The position numbers and the translations under genes are program-made. This document shows positions 55,625 to 64,000 of a DNA stretch of 64,000 bases, in pieces. This stretch comes from a virus. The stretch lies in IMG/VR virus record IMGVR_UViG_3300008261_000005; one strand, 5' to 3'. Numbering within the stretch: the stretch's first letter is position 1; every line of letters starts with the position of its first letter. A model generated the notes under the pieces. The model did no database searches and had not been told where the DNA came from. It worked only from the letters and a program-made list of their open reading frames with translations.

Positions 55625-57352
55625 ATGAGTTGGAAAAAGTACTTTACTCCCGTCCCAGTTAATAGTAACTCAAGTAACATTAGTCCTTTGTCTAATGCGA
55701 CAAAAGCTGGACCAGCACGTACGAATTATTCAAGTTACTTGCCAGATGTGTACACTGGTAGTCCAAATCGTGTTGAACGCTATATGCAATACGACACGAT
55801 GGACATGGATCCAGAAATCAACGCTGCTTTAGATATTCTAGCAGAGTTTTGCACACAAAAGAACAAAGAAAACTCAACAAGTTTCAGTCTTGCATTTAAA
55901 AGCAAGGCAACTAGTACTGAAATCCGTGTTTTAAGAGAATACTTGCAACAATGGAGCAAGTTAAACATATTTGACACACGTTTTTTCCGTATTATTCGTA
56001 ATACATTTAAGTATGGTGATGCATTCTTTGTACGTGATCCAGAAACACAAAAGTGGTTTTATGTGGATCCCAGCAAAGTTGTAAAAATTATTGTTAACGA
56101 AAGCGAAGGCAAAAAGCCTGAACAGTATGTTATCAAAGACCTAGCACCAAACTTTCAAAATTTGGTCATGACACAGATCACACCCAACAGTATGCAAACA
56201 AACAATCGCGGAACTAATTGGTCTGGCGGTGGTGCAATTGGTAAAGGTGCTACTGGTGCGTTTCCGCAACAGTTTGGCGATAGATTCAGCATTGGTGAAA
56301 ATGAACTAGCAGTTGATGCTGCTCACGTGGTTCATTTAAGTTTGTCAGAAGGCTTGGACAACAATTATCCATTTGGTAACAGTTTATTAGAACAAGTATT
56401 CAAAGTATACAAACAAAAAGAATTATTAGAAGACGCTATTCTAATCTATCGTATACAACGTGCTCCAGAAAGACGTATTTTTTACATTGATGTGGGCAAT
56501 ATGCCAAGCCACATGGCCATGAGTTTTGTGGAACGTGTAAAGAATGAGATTCATCAACGTAGAATTCCTTCACAAACTGGCGGAGGAGCCAACGTCATTG
56601 ACTCGGCATACAATCCATTGTCAATTAATGAAGATTATTTCTTCCCACAAACAGAAGGCGGACGTGGAAGTAAAGTAGATACGCTACCTGGCGGCACTAA
56701 CTTAGGCGAAATTGACGACTTAAAGTATTTTACCAACAAGTTATTCCGTGCGTTACGCATTCCAAGTAGTTATTTGCCGACTGGTGCAGATGATTCACAA
56801 GCACAATACAATGACGGTCGTGTAGGTACAGCATATATTCAAGAATTACGCTTTAACAACTACTGTATGCGTTTGCAAAGTTTAATTACTGGGGTATTTG
56901 ACCAAGAATTTAAACGTTATCTATACAAACGCGGTGTAAATGTTGACTCAAGTTTGTTTGAAATCAAGTTCCAACCTCCGCAGAACTTTGCAGCATACAG
57001 ACAAGCAGAAGTAGATGGACAACGAATTAATACATTTAATACAATTCAAGCAGTGCCTTACATTAGTAAACGCTTTGCTATGAAACGATTCTTGGGAATT
57101 ACAGATGAAGAGATGGCAGAGAATGAACGTCTTTGGAAGGAAGAAAAAGGTACTGCTAGCATTACTGGTACTGATGCAAGTGGTGAGTTGCGTAGTGTTG
57201 GGATAAGTGCTGCTGGCATTGACAGCGACTTAGAATTAGGCGACACAAGTGCTCCAGATGATATAGCACCACCAGATGGTGCTGCTCCTCCAGGCGCTGA
57301 CATGGGTGCTGGAGCAACAGCGGCTGCACCTGCTGCACCGCCAGCTGCCTGA
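55625..57352 (+). CDS. gp20: Portal protein, T4 gp20-like
   Basis: LEDAILIYRIQRAPERRIFYIDVGNMP, EDYFFP..EGGRGSKVDTLPGG.NLGEIDDL.YF..KL...LRIPSSYL. Confidence 0.95.
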   Translation: MSWKKYFTPVPVNSNSSNISPLSNATKAGPARTNYSSYLPDVYTGSPNRVERYMQYDTMDMDPEINAALDILAEFCTQKNKENSTSFSLAFKSKATSTEIRVLREYLQQWSKLNIFDTRFFRIIRNTFKYGDAFFVRDPETQKWFYVDPSKVVKIIVNESEGKKPEQYVIKDLAPNFQNLVMTQITPNSMQTNNRGTNWSGGGAIGKGATGAFPQQFGDRFSIGENELAVDAAHVVHLSLSEGLDNNYPFGNSLLEQVFKVYKQKELLEDAILIYRIQRAPERRIFYIDVGNMPSHMAMSFVERVKNEIHQRRIPSQTGGGANVIDSAYNPLSINEDYFFPQTEGGRGSKVDTLPGGTNLGEIDDLKYFTNKLFRALRIPSSYLPTGADDSQAQYNDGRVGTAYIQELRFNNYCMRLQSLITGVFDQEFKRYLYKRGVNVDSSLFEIKFQPPQNFAAYRQAEVDGQRINTFNTIQAVPYISKRFAMKRFLGITDEEMAENERLWKEEKGTASITGTDASGELRSVGISAAGIDSDLELGDTSAPDDIAPPDGAAPPGADMGAGATAAAPAAPPAA

Positions 57353-57363
57353 TAAATAAACAT

Positions 57364-57603
57364 ATGATATTACGCGAATTATTTTATCTTGATCCTGAAA
57401 CACAGCGCATCAGCAATGACTTTCGCTTTGATGCTGCACGAGATATTGAAGAGTTACAACGCAGCGACACTAGAAAAACTAGATTAACTCTTAAGCAAAT
57501 TAACGAACTACGTAAAAGCAGTGAAGCACACATACTTGAACAGGAAGAAGAATTAAAATCTGTTCACGATATGTACGGCATTGCTCCAGCTCCAGCGGCA
57601 TAA
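57364..57603 (+). CDS. Small late protein (prohead core-associated candidate)
   Basis: M.LRELF start after ATAAATA (57352-57358); RKTRLTL.QIN.LRK. Confidence 0.7.
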   Translation: MILRELFYLDPETQRISNDFRFDAARDIEELQRSDTRKTRLTLKQINELRKSSEAHILEQEEELKSVHDMYGIAPAPAA

Positions 57604-57607
57604 TAAA

Positions 57608-57633
57608 TCCTAAAAGATAAACACTTTTAGGAG
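57608..57633 (+). promoter_or_regulatory. 9-bp hairpin sequestering the RBS of ORF 57641
   Basis: TCCTAAAAG-ATAAACA-CTTTTAGGA; the AGGAG (57629-57633) lies in the 3' arm. Confidence 0.55.
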
Positions 57634-57640
57634 ACAACGT

Positions 57641-58225
57641 ATGCGAAGTTTTGTATTAGGCAACGGCAAAAGTCGTTTGCAAATCACTTACAAAGAATTA
57701 CAACCCCACGGTAAAATATATGCTTGTAATGCAGTTTACAGGGAGTTTTCACCTGACTACTTGATTGCAGTTGATCCTAAAATGATTATAGAAATTAATC
57801 AAACAGGTTATCAATTACAACATCAAGTGTGGACTAACCCGCATATAAAGTTTAAGGACTTTCAAGGATTTAATTATTTTAAACCCAGTCTAGGATGGAG
57901 TTCAGGCCCTACAGCATTACAATTAGCAACAGATCACAAAGCAAAAGAAGTGTATATATTAGGTTTTGACTTTGCTGGAGATAACGGATTGTTGAATAAT
58001 GTGTACGCTGACAGTAACAACTATAGAAAAAGCACTGATCCAGCAACATATTATGGAAACTGGCAAAGACAAACAGAACACATTGTAAAAACCAACATTA
58101 ATACTAAATATTTTAGAGTAACTGATCGAAACTTTTACGATCCGCAGTGGCAGTTTCCCAACTTCAAAACTATATCTTACGAGGTGTTACGTGAGAATAT
58201 GGCAAGTTGGAGTAAAACAGCCTAA
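57641..58225 (+). CDS. GT29/Maf (DUF115)-like nucleotide-sugar transferase-fold protein
   Basis: FVLGNGKSR, YACNA, AVDP.M, GWSSG.TAL.LA, VYILGFD resemble sialyltransferase/Maf-type motifs. Confidence 0.5.
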   Translation: MRSFVLGNGKSRLQITYKELQPHGKIYACNAVYREFSPDYLIAVDPKMIIEINQTGYQLQHQVWTNPHIKFKDFQGFNYFKPSLGWSSGPTALQLATDHKAKEVYILGFDFAGDNGLLNNVYADSNNYRKSTDPATYYGNWQRQTEHIVKTNINTKYFRVTDRNFYDPQWQFPNFKTISYEVLRENMASWSKTA

Positions 58226-58301
58226 TTTCACACCATTATAGCACTATTTTTTACATTACGTGTAAATATATCGACAGCTCACAATCTAAGGAGATTTAAA
58301 C

Positions 58302-59156
58302 ATGACTGACCGTTCAAAATTCGAGCAAATGCTTGAACTTCTAATTAATGAAGAAACAGACAAAGCCAAGGAATTATTTCATGACATCGTGGTTGAAAAA
58401 TCACGTGAGATTTATGAATCATTGCTTGCAGAAGATTTTAATGAAAACGAAATGCCAGGTGCAGAAGGTGAATTAATGGCTCCGGGCGCAGAAGGCGAAA
58501 TGCCAGCTGAAGAAGGCATGGGCGACGAGTTCTCAAGCGATGACGAGACCGACGACATGATGGGCGATATTGAAGGTGACGATGAAATGGACGGCGACGA
58601 CGTAACATTGTCAGGCGATGAAGTAACAGATTTACAAGACCGTGTAGTAGACTTAGAAGACGCTCTTGATTCACTACGTGACGAATTTGAGTCATTGATG
58701 GGTGGAGAAGAAGACGGCGAAATGGGTCCTGAAGAGCCAGCAATGGGTGACGAAGAAGAAGAAATGTCTGAAATTTATGGCGCACCAGAATTTGAAGGCG
58801 AAGACGAAATGAGCATGTATGGCGACGATGAAAATCAAGACGAAGCTTTCATCCGTGAATACGTAGAAAAAGTAACAGCTAAAATGGGTGACAATGGTGC
58901 TTTCACTAAGTCAACAGTAGCTAACAAGAATGATATGGGCGGCACAACTGCAAATATCGCTAAAGGCGGCGACGGCGGCAAAGGCGGTACACAAGGTGGT
59001 TTACTAAACCCAGCAACAAAAGATTTAGCATCAGGTAACGTTAACGTTCCAGGTGGTAAAGCAGGTGTTAAGCACTTGAAGAATGTTCCAGCAGGTCATG
59101 GAGCAGAGAAAAAAGGAAGCAAGCCAGATAGCGAAAAGAGCTTACTAGGCAAGTAA
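58302..59156 (+). CDS. Highly acidic prohead core/scaffold-type protein
   Basis: D/E-rich central region; TAAATA (58263-58268) and TAAGGAG RBS upstream; lies between portal and protease. Confidence 0.6.
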   Translation: MTDRSKFEQMLELLINEETDKAKELFHDIVVEKSREIYESLLAEDFNENEMPGAEGELMAPGAEGEMPAEEGMGDEFSSDDETDDMMGDIEGDDEMDGDDVTLSGDEVTDLQDRVVDLEDALDSLRDEFESLMGGEEDGEMGPEEPAMGDEEEEMSEIYGAPEFEGEDEMSMYGDDENQDEAFIREYVEKVTAKMGDNGAFTKSTVANKNDMGGTTANIAKGGDGGKGGTQGGLLNPATKDLASGNVNVPGGKAGVKHLKNVPAGHGAEKKGSKPDSEKSLLGK

Positions 59157-59157
59157 T

Positions 59158-59793
59158 ATGAGCAAAATCAACTACCTTCGTGAAAATTTGAGCTTTGATC
59201 AAGCCCGCATGGTGATCGAGTCAGATGGAAGCGACGGGAAAAACCTTTACATGAAGGGTATCTGTATACAAGGTGGCATTAAAAATGCTAACCAACGTGT
59301 GTACCCTGTGGACGAGATTGAGCGAGCTGTCAAAACTTTGAACGATCAAATTTCTGGCGGATACTCTGTATTAGGTGAAGTTGATCACCCAGATGACTTA
59401 AAAATTAACCTGGACCGTGTGTCACACATGATTACTGAAATGTGGATGGACGGTCCAAATGGTTATGGAAAGTTCAAGATTCTACCAACCCCAATGGGTC
59501 AACTAGTTCGCACTATGCTTGAGTCCGGAGTTAAGTTGGGAGTTTCCAGTCGAGGCTCAGGTAACGTCAGCGGTGACGGAACTGGAAGAGTCAGCGATTT
59601 TGAGATTATCACCGTAGATGTGGTAGCTCAACCCAGTGCACCAGGAGCATATCCTACACCAATTTATGAACACTTGATGAATAGTCGTGGTGGTCTAAAT
59701 GCCTTACGTATAGCGGAAGAGGTGAAGGGCGATCCTAAAGCACAACGTTATCTTAAAGAGAGTTTATTATCAATAATAAACAAACTCCAATAA
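59158..59793 (+). CDS. gp21: Prohead protease, T4 gp21-like
   Basis: N.N.RVYP, LGEVDHP, GVSSRG.G, DVVAQPSAP.AY. Confidence 0.95.
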   Translation: MSKINYLRENLSFDQARMVIESDGSDGKNLYMKGICIQGGIKNANQRVYPVDEIERAVKTLNDQISGGYSVLGEVDHPDDLKINLDRVSHMITEMWMDGPNGYGKFKILPTPMGQLVRTMLESGVKLGVSSRGSGNVSGDGTGRVSDFEIITVDVVAQPSAPGAYPTPIYEHLMNSRGGLNALRIAEEVKGDPKAQRYLKESLLSIINKLQ

Positions 59794-59805
59794 AAGGAGA
59801 ATCAC

Positions 59806-60900
59806 ATGTTGGATGCAATTAAACAATTATTTGAAAATAATGTGATTTCTGAGGATATCAAAGCTCAGATTGAAGAAGCATGGGAAGCTCGTGTAAACGA
59901 GAACCGTACTCAAATCACTCAACAGCTTAGAGAAGAGTTCAGTCAGCGTTATGAACACGACAGAGCAGTTATGGTAGAAGCTATTGACCGTATGGTCGGT
60001 GAGCAACTAGCACCTGAAATTGCCGAGTTTGTTGAAGACCGCGCTCAACTAGCAGAAGCCAAAGCCAAGTATGCAGTTAAGATGAAGAAAGATGCGGCAA
60101 TAATGAAGGAATTCATTACACGTCAACTAGCATCAGAAGTATCTGAATTACATGAAGACCAAAAAGTCATGGCAAGCAAGTTTTTCAAACTAGAAGAATT
60201 TGTGGTTGAAGCTTTAGCCAATGAAATTGCAGAATTTTACAAAGATAAACAAGACCTAGCGGAAACTAAGGTACGCCTTATCCGTGAAGGTAAAGATGCA
60301 CTTGCTAAGATCAAAACACAATTTGTTCAACGTGCAGCAACAATGGTGGAAGGTGTTGTTGAGTCCAGCTTAAAAACTGAACTTACACAATTACGTGAAG
60401 ACATTGACGCAGCTCGTAAAGCAGACTTTGGTCGTAAGATTTTCGAAGCTTTCAGCAACGAATTTCAAACAAGTTACATCAATGAGAAGTCAGAAGCAGC
60501 TCAATTGCTCAAGGTCATAGACAAGAAGGATTCACAAATTGCTGAAGCGCAAACCATTGCAGTTACAGCACAGAGAATCATTGAAAGCAAAGAAGCAACT
60601 ATCCGTGCATTAAATGAAAGCATGGAAAGAAAAGCAGTCATGAGTGAATTATTGGCACCGTTAGCGGCTGACCAAAAAGAAATCATGAGCGAACTATTAG
60701 AAAGTGTTCAAACTGTAAAGTTACACGATAGTTTTAATAAGTATTTGCCAGCGGTAATCGAGGGCAATGCTCCGCAGAAGAAACAGGCACTTACTGAGGC
60801 AAAAGAAATTACAGGAAATAAAATTTCCAACAGCAACCGTAGCAGCGAAAGCGATGGCAACATCGTCGATATTCGTCGCCTAGCTGGACTAAAAATTTAA
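59806..60900 (+). CDS. gp22: Prohead scaffolding protein, T4 gp22-like
   Basis: Coiled-coil, Glu/Ala-rich, between protease and major capsid genes. Confidence 0.8.
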   Translation: MLDAIKQLFENNVISEDIKAQIEEAWEARVNENRTQITQQLREEFSQRYEHDRAVMVEAIDRMVGEQLAPEIAEFVEDRAQLAEAKAKYAVKMKKDAAIMKEFITRQLASEVSELHEDQKVMASKFFKLEEFVVEALANEIAEFYKDKQDLAETKVRLIREGKDALAKIKTQFVQRAATMVEGVVESSLKTELTQLREDIDAARKADFGRKIFEAFSNEFQTSYINEKSEAAQLLKVIDKKDSQIAEAQTIAVTAQRIIESKEATIRALNESMERKAVMSELLAPLAADQKEIMSELLESVQTVKLHDSFNKYLPAVIEGNAPQKKQALTEAKEITGNKISNSNRSSESDGNIVDIRRLAGLKI

Positions 60901-60912
60901 GGAGAAATTTAA

Positions 60913-62088
60913 ATGTCAGAACTACTAAACAGCCGTTGGTCGGAAACCAAAGAGGCCCTATTAGAAGGCCTTCAAGGTACAAAGAAATCAGTAATGTCAG
61001 CAACTTTAGAAAATACTCGCAAGTATTTGGCTGAAAGTGCTAGCACTGGTGCTACTTCTGCCGGCAACGTCGCAACACTAAATCGCGTGATCCTTCCAGT
61101 GATCCGTCGCGTTATGCCAACCGTTATTGCTAACGAGTTAGTTGGTGTACAACCAATGACTGGTCCAGTTGGTCAGATCCATACACTACGTGTTCGCTAC
61201 AGCGATACACTAAGTGGCACATATGGCGCTACTGCTGGTGAAGAGGCTCTAAGCCCATTCAAGATTGCAGAAGGCTATTCTGCTAACGACGGTTCACAAA
61301 CTAAAGCAGCTTCAACAGCAGCTCTAGAAGGTGCAGCTGGTAAGCGTTTAAGCATTCAGATCTTGAAGCAAACTGTTGAAGCGAAGACACGTAAATTGTC
61401 AGCTCGCTGGACATTTGAAGCTGCTCAAGATGCACAAGCCCAACAAGGTATTGACATCGAAGCAGAAATCATGGCTGCTTTGGCACAAGAAATTACTGCT
61501 GAAATCGACCAAGAAGTTATCGGTAGCTTGGCTACTTTAGCTGCTTCTAACGGTAACGTTCAAGCATACAACCAAGCAACTGTATCAGGTACTGCTACAT
61601 TCGTTGGTGACGAACACGCTGCTTTAGCTGTTCTAATCAACCGTGCTGCTAACATCATCGCTCAACGTACACGTCGCGGTGCTGGTAACTGGGCTGTTGT
61701 TTCACCACAAGCATTGACAATTCTACAATCTGCTACTACAAGCGCATTTGCTCGTACAACAGAAGGTACATTTGAAGCACCTACAAACACTAAGTTTGTT
61801 GGTACATTGAACGGTGCTATGAAGGTATATGTAAACAGCTACGCTGCTGATAACTCAGCTGTATTAGTTGGTTACAAAGGTTCTTCAGAGTCAGATGCAG
61901 CAGCATTCTATTGCCCATACATTCCATTGATGAGCAGTGGTGTTGTTCTTGACCCATCAACATTTGAGCCAGTCGTATCATTTATGACACGTTACGGTTA
62001 TGTTGAGTTGTCAAATACTGCGTCATCTCTAGGTAACGCAGCAGACTACTTAGGTAGCGTTTCAATTACTGGTGTTTCATTCCAGTAA
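60913..62088 (+). CDS. gp23: Major capsid protein, T4 gp23-like
   Basis: RRVMP..IA.EL.GVQPMTGP.GQI..LR, A.TRKL.A.WT.E.AQD, L..EI..EID.E, FYCPYIPL, P...FMTRYG. Confidence 0.97.
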   Translation: MSELLNSRWSETKEALLEGLQGTKKSVMSATLENTRKYLAESASTGATSAGNVATLNRVILPVIRRVMPTVIANELVGVQPMTGPVGQIHTLRVRYSDTLSGTYGATAGEEALSPFKIAEGYSANDGSQTKAASTAALEGAAGKRLSIQILKQTVEAKTRKLSARWTFEAAQDAQAQQGIDIEAEIMAALAQEITAEIDQEVIGSLATLAASNGNVQAYNQATVSGTATFVGDEHAALAVLINRAANIIAQRTRRGAGNWAVVSPQALTILQSATTSAFARTTEGTFEAPTNTKFVGTLNGAMKVYVNSYAADNSAVLVGYKGSSESDAAAFYCPYIPLMSSGVVLDPSTFEPVVSFMTRYGYVELSNTASSLGNAADYLGSVSITGVSFQ

Positions 62089-62110
62089 TATTGCATTAAG
62101 TGTAATACAG

Positions 62111-62135
62111 AAAGGACTCTTCGGAGTCCTTTTTT
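62111..62135 (+). terminator. Rho-independent terminator after the major capsid gene
   Basis: AAAGGACTC-TTCG-GAGTCCTTT followed by further T residues. Confidence 0.9.
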
Positions 62136-62161
62136 GTTGACTTGTAACTCTTTAACAATCG

Positions 62162-62168
62162 ATAAATA
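62162..62168 (+). promoter_or_regulatory. Late promoter ATAAATA
   Basis: Downstream of the terminator and upstream of ORF 62239. Confidence 0.6.
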
Positions 62169-62238
62169 CTTTGTCTAGAAGATTTATGCGGTACCCGCCG
62201 CGTAGGCCTAGAACGCCATTAACTCAAGGAGAAAACAA

Positions 62239-62613
62239 ATGGGACGTCCAGTAAAAGATGATGTACTTGGTACATTGGTATTCGGCGATTACGCCACAAC
62301 ATCTGCAGGTATTAAAGTATCTGCACGTATTCCTGGCTTTGGAACAGCTAAAGCAGGTTACATTGAAAAACAAGTAGGCTCACGTAATTACAGAGTTACC
62401 AACGCTGATGGTACAGGCAAATGCTTGTTAGTAAGCTCAATCACAGACGAAGGTCAAGTAGTAATGCTAGGTTACACAAACCCGGGTGCTGACATTTCTG
62501 TTGCTATTAGAAAGTTAAACAAGCGTACAGCTATTGACTTCAGTGGCAATCGTTACACTTGGTATTTGGTAAACGATTCATCAGAAGATTACATTCAATT
62601 AACAGCTATCTAA
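62239..62613 (+). CDS. Hypothetical virion protein
   Basis: 124 aa, AAGGAG RBS, late promoter upstream. Confidence 0.75.
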   Translation: MGRPVKDDVLGTLVFGDYATTSAGIKVSARIPGFGTAKAGYIEKQVGSRNYRVTNADGTGKCLLVSSITDEGQVVMLGYTNPGADISVAIRKLNKRTAIDFSGNRYTWYLVNDSSEDYIQLTAI

Positions 62614-62620
62614 TATAAAC

Positions 62621-63592
62621 ATGTCTAAAGTCGTCAAAGTTCAAGGTGACTATCAAGTAGTCACACAGCTCGGTGGAAACATCGTACTAAACACGGGTCC
62701 AGGTGTTGGCTTAACAACCGTTACTGGTGATTTATTAGTACAAGGTAATACAACGACTATTACTTCAGAAACTTTGGAGATTTCAGATAGGGTTTTATAT
62801 TTAAACGTAGGTGAAACACTAGCAGGCGTTGGTGGAGGAACTGATTTTTCAGGACTTACTATTGAACGTGGGTTGCTTCAAGACGCCAGCTTTGTGTTTG
62901 ACGAAACTCTTTCGTTTACAACACCAACAGGTACAATTATAAATGGTGCATTTACATTTAGAAATTCTGTTGGCACACTATTAGGTTTACAAACAAATAG
63001 TTTGTTTACCGGCGGCAGCAACTTAGAAATTAACACAGGCACTGGGGTCATTTCAGTTAATTCGTCAAATAATTATTCTGCAAACGTAGCTCTAGCTGGT
63101 CCAAACGCAATCCCAAATAAAGGGTATGTGCAAACATATGTATTGGATTTGATTGCTGAAGCTCCTATTGCAGGTTTTAGAAAATATAATGGACTAACAC
63201 CGTTGGATACTTCAGGAATAGCATTTGATACTGGTGCTGGAGATCCTGAAAGCAAGATAGTATTCACTATTGACGGAACCGTTGAAGCTACAGTTAATAC
63301 TTCTGGTCTTTTAGTAAATAAAATTCAATTAGGTGGATCAAGTGGTTACGAAATCAATACTACAACAGGTTTTCCGCTAACTATTAAATCAAATACAAAT
63401 TTGGTGGACATTGACTCAGTTTTAAGTTTATCAGATCAGTCTTCAGCACCAAGTAGTGATGCTGGCAAAAACAAAGTATACAGTAGAGCAACACAAGGTC
63501 CTGGAGCAACAGGATTATTTTTCTCAAACACAACAACTGCTGATGAGTTGGTAAGCAGACGTAGATCGTTAGTGTTTAGTATGATATTTTAA
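62621..63592 (+). CDS. Virion structural/decoration-like protein
   Basis: Gly/Thr-rich beta composition; GDL.VQG.TTTI.SE.L.I.D..L.LN motif of fibre-like proteins. Confidence 0.6.
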   Translation: MSKVVKVQGDYQVVTQLGGNIVLNTGPGVGLTTVTGDLLVQGNTTTITSETLEISDRVLYLNVGETLAGVGGGTDFSGLTIERGLLQDASFVFDETLSFTTPTGTIINGAFTFRNSVGTLLGLQTNSLFTGGSNLEINTGTGVISVNSSNNYSANVALAGPNAIPNKGYVQTYVLDLIAEAPIAGFRKYNGLTPLDTSGIAFDTGAGDPESKIVFTIDGTVEATVNTSGLLVNKIQLGGSSGYEINTTTGFPLTIKSNTNLVDIDSVLSLSDQSSAPSSDAGKNKVYSRATQGPGATGLFFSNTTTADELVSRRRSLVFSMIF

Positions 63593-63601
63593 GGAATAGA
63601 C

Positions 63602-63925
63602 ATGGCAATCCAAAGCGCATTAGTAACAACATCATCGGCAGCAATTTATGGTCCAGTAGCATCTGGACAAGAACATGCTATTACTACTCTATTCTTTTGC
63701 AACTATAGCGTGTCTGACGTAGTTTTACAGTCAGTTAATCTTGTAAAATCAACAGCATCCGCTACTAATACAAATAAAATTATTCATAATTTAACAATCC
63801 CAGCAGGTGAAACATTCACGTTTGATGCAGAAAAAATTGTATTAGAGGCAGGAGATAAAGTAGAAGCTATTGCAGATACAAATACACGATTAAGCGTTAC
63901 AGTTTCATCATTGAGGGTAGCGTAA
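63602..63925 (+). CDS. Small virion structural protein
   Basis: 107 aa; IP.GETF.FD.EKIVLE.GD motif; AAGGA RBS. Confidence 0.65.
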   Translation: MAIQSALVTTSSAAIYGPVASGQEHAITTLFFCNYSVSDVVLQSVNLVKSTASATNTNKIIHNLTIPAGETFTFDAEKIVLEAGDKVEAIADTNTRLSVTVSSLRVA

Positions 63926-63926
63926 T

Positions 63927-64000
63927 ATGAGATTTCTAAAAAAATCTCAACTTAGTCCGTATAATGTCAAGGACAACGGTGTTGCTATTGACCATAACAG
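63927..64000 (+). CDS. Start of the next gene (truncated by the window edge)
   Basis: ATG right after the previous stop; reads MRFLKKSQLSPYNVKDNGVAIDHN to the end of the window. Confidence 0.55.
   Translation, partial: MRFLKKSQLSPYNVKDNGVAIDHN

Noticed and set aside
58430-58860. GAC/GAA-rich quasi-repeats in the acidic core protein
   Set aside because: Explained by Asp/Glu-rich low-complexity coding typical of scaffold proteins.
478-63267. Numerous short opposite-strand or nested ORFs in the track (for example 478..759, 11435..11797, 21395..21868, 51564..52046, 54647..55150)
   Set aside because: They are shadows of long genes with clear motifs and have no RBS, motifs or plausible composition.
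1-64000. Alternative genetic code (stop-codon reassignment), as seen in some large phages
   Set aside because: Genes are full length and tightly packed under code 11, and TAG and TGA both terminate well-recognised genes (thyX and the GIY-YIG end in TAG, portal in TGA).
1-64000. tRNA genes, CRISPR arrays, inteins, transposases or DGR cassettes
   Set aside because: No cloverleaf with T-loop/CCA, no regularly spaced repeats, no intein-sized insertions in gp46, portal or capsid, and no RT or transposase motifs were seen.

Overview
64 kb segment of an AT-rich, large T4-like myophage genome in the standard genetic code, with no host-type genes. Left to right: (1) a + strand early block with the end of a probable AAA ATPase, a DUF2201-type HExxH/VWA protein, four hypotheticals and thyX. 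(2) A convergent - strand, translationally coupled 16-ORF, ~13.4 kb biosynthetic-looking operon (17080->3655) behind a perfect TTGACA-17-TATAAT promoter. It encodes four glycosyltransferase-like proteins, a SAM methyltransferase-like protein, a QueC-like PP-loop protein and six CxxxCxxC radical SAM enzymes, one apparently split. (3) A - strand tail-fibre/baseplate module including a 4437-aa protein with CBM5/12-like repeats and an FG-GAP-like propeller, plus gp6-, gp25-, gp5-, gp53- and gp48/54-like genes. (4) + strand gp55-gp47-gp46, small ORFs and a bare GIY-YIG nuclease followed by ~500 nt of densely structured non-coding sequence. (5) A gp26-like gene ending in a T_TTT_TTC slippery site that opens a start-less 77-codon -1 frame, a candidate programmed frameshift. 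(6) Tape-measure-like gene, portal, a GT29/Maf-like gene, scaffold, protease, major capsid and further virion genes. No tRNA, CRISPR array, intron, intein or transposase was recognised. Product calls come from motif recognition only; no searches were run.
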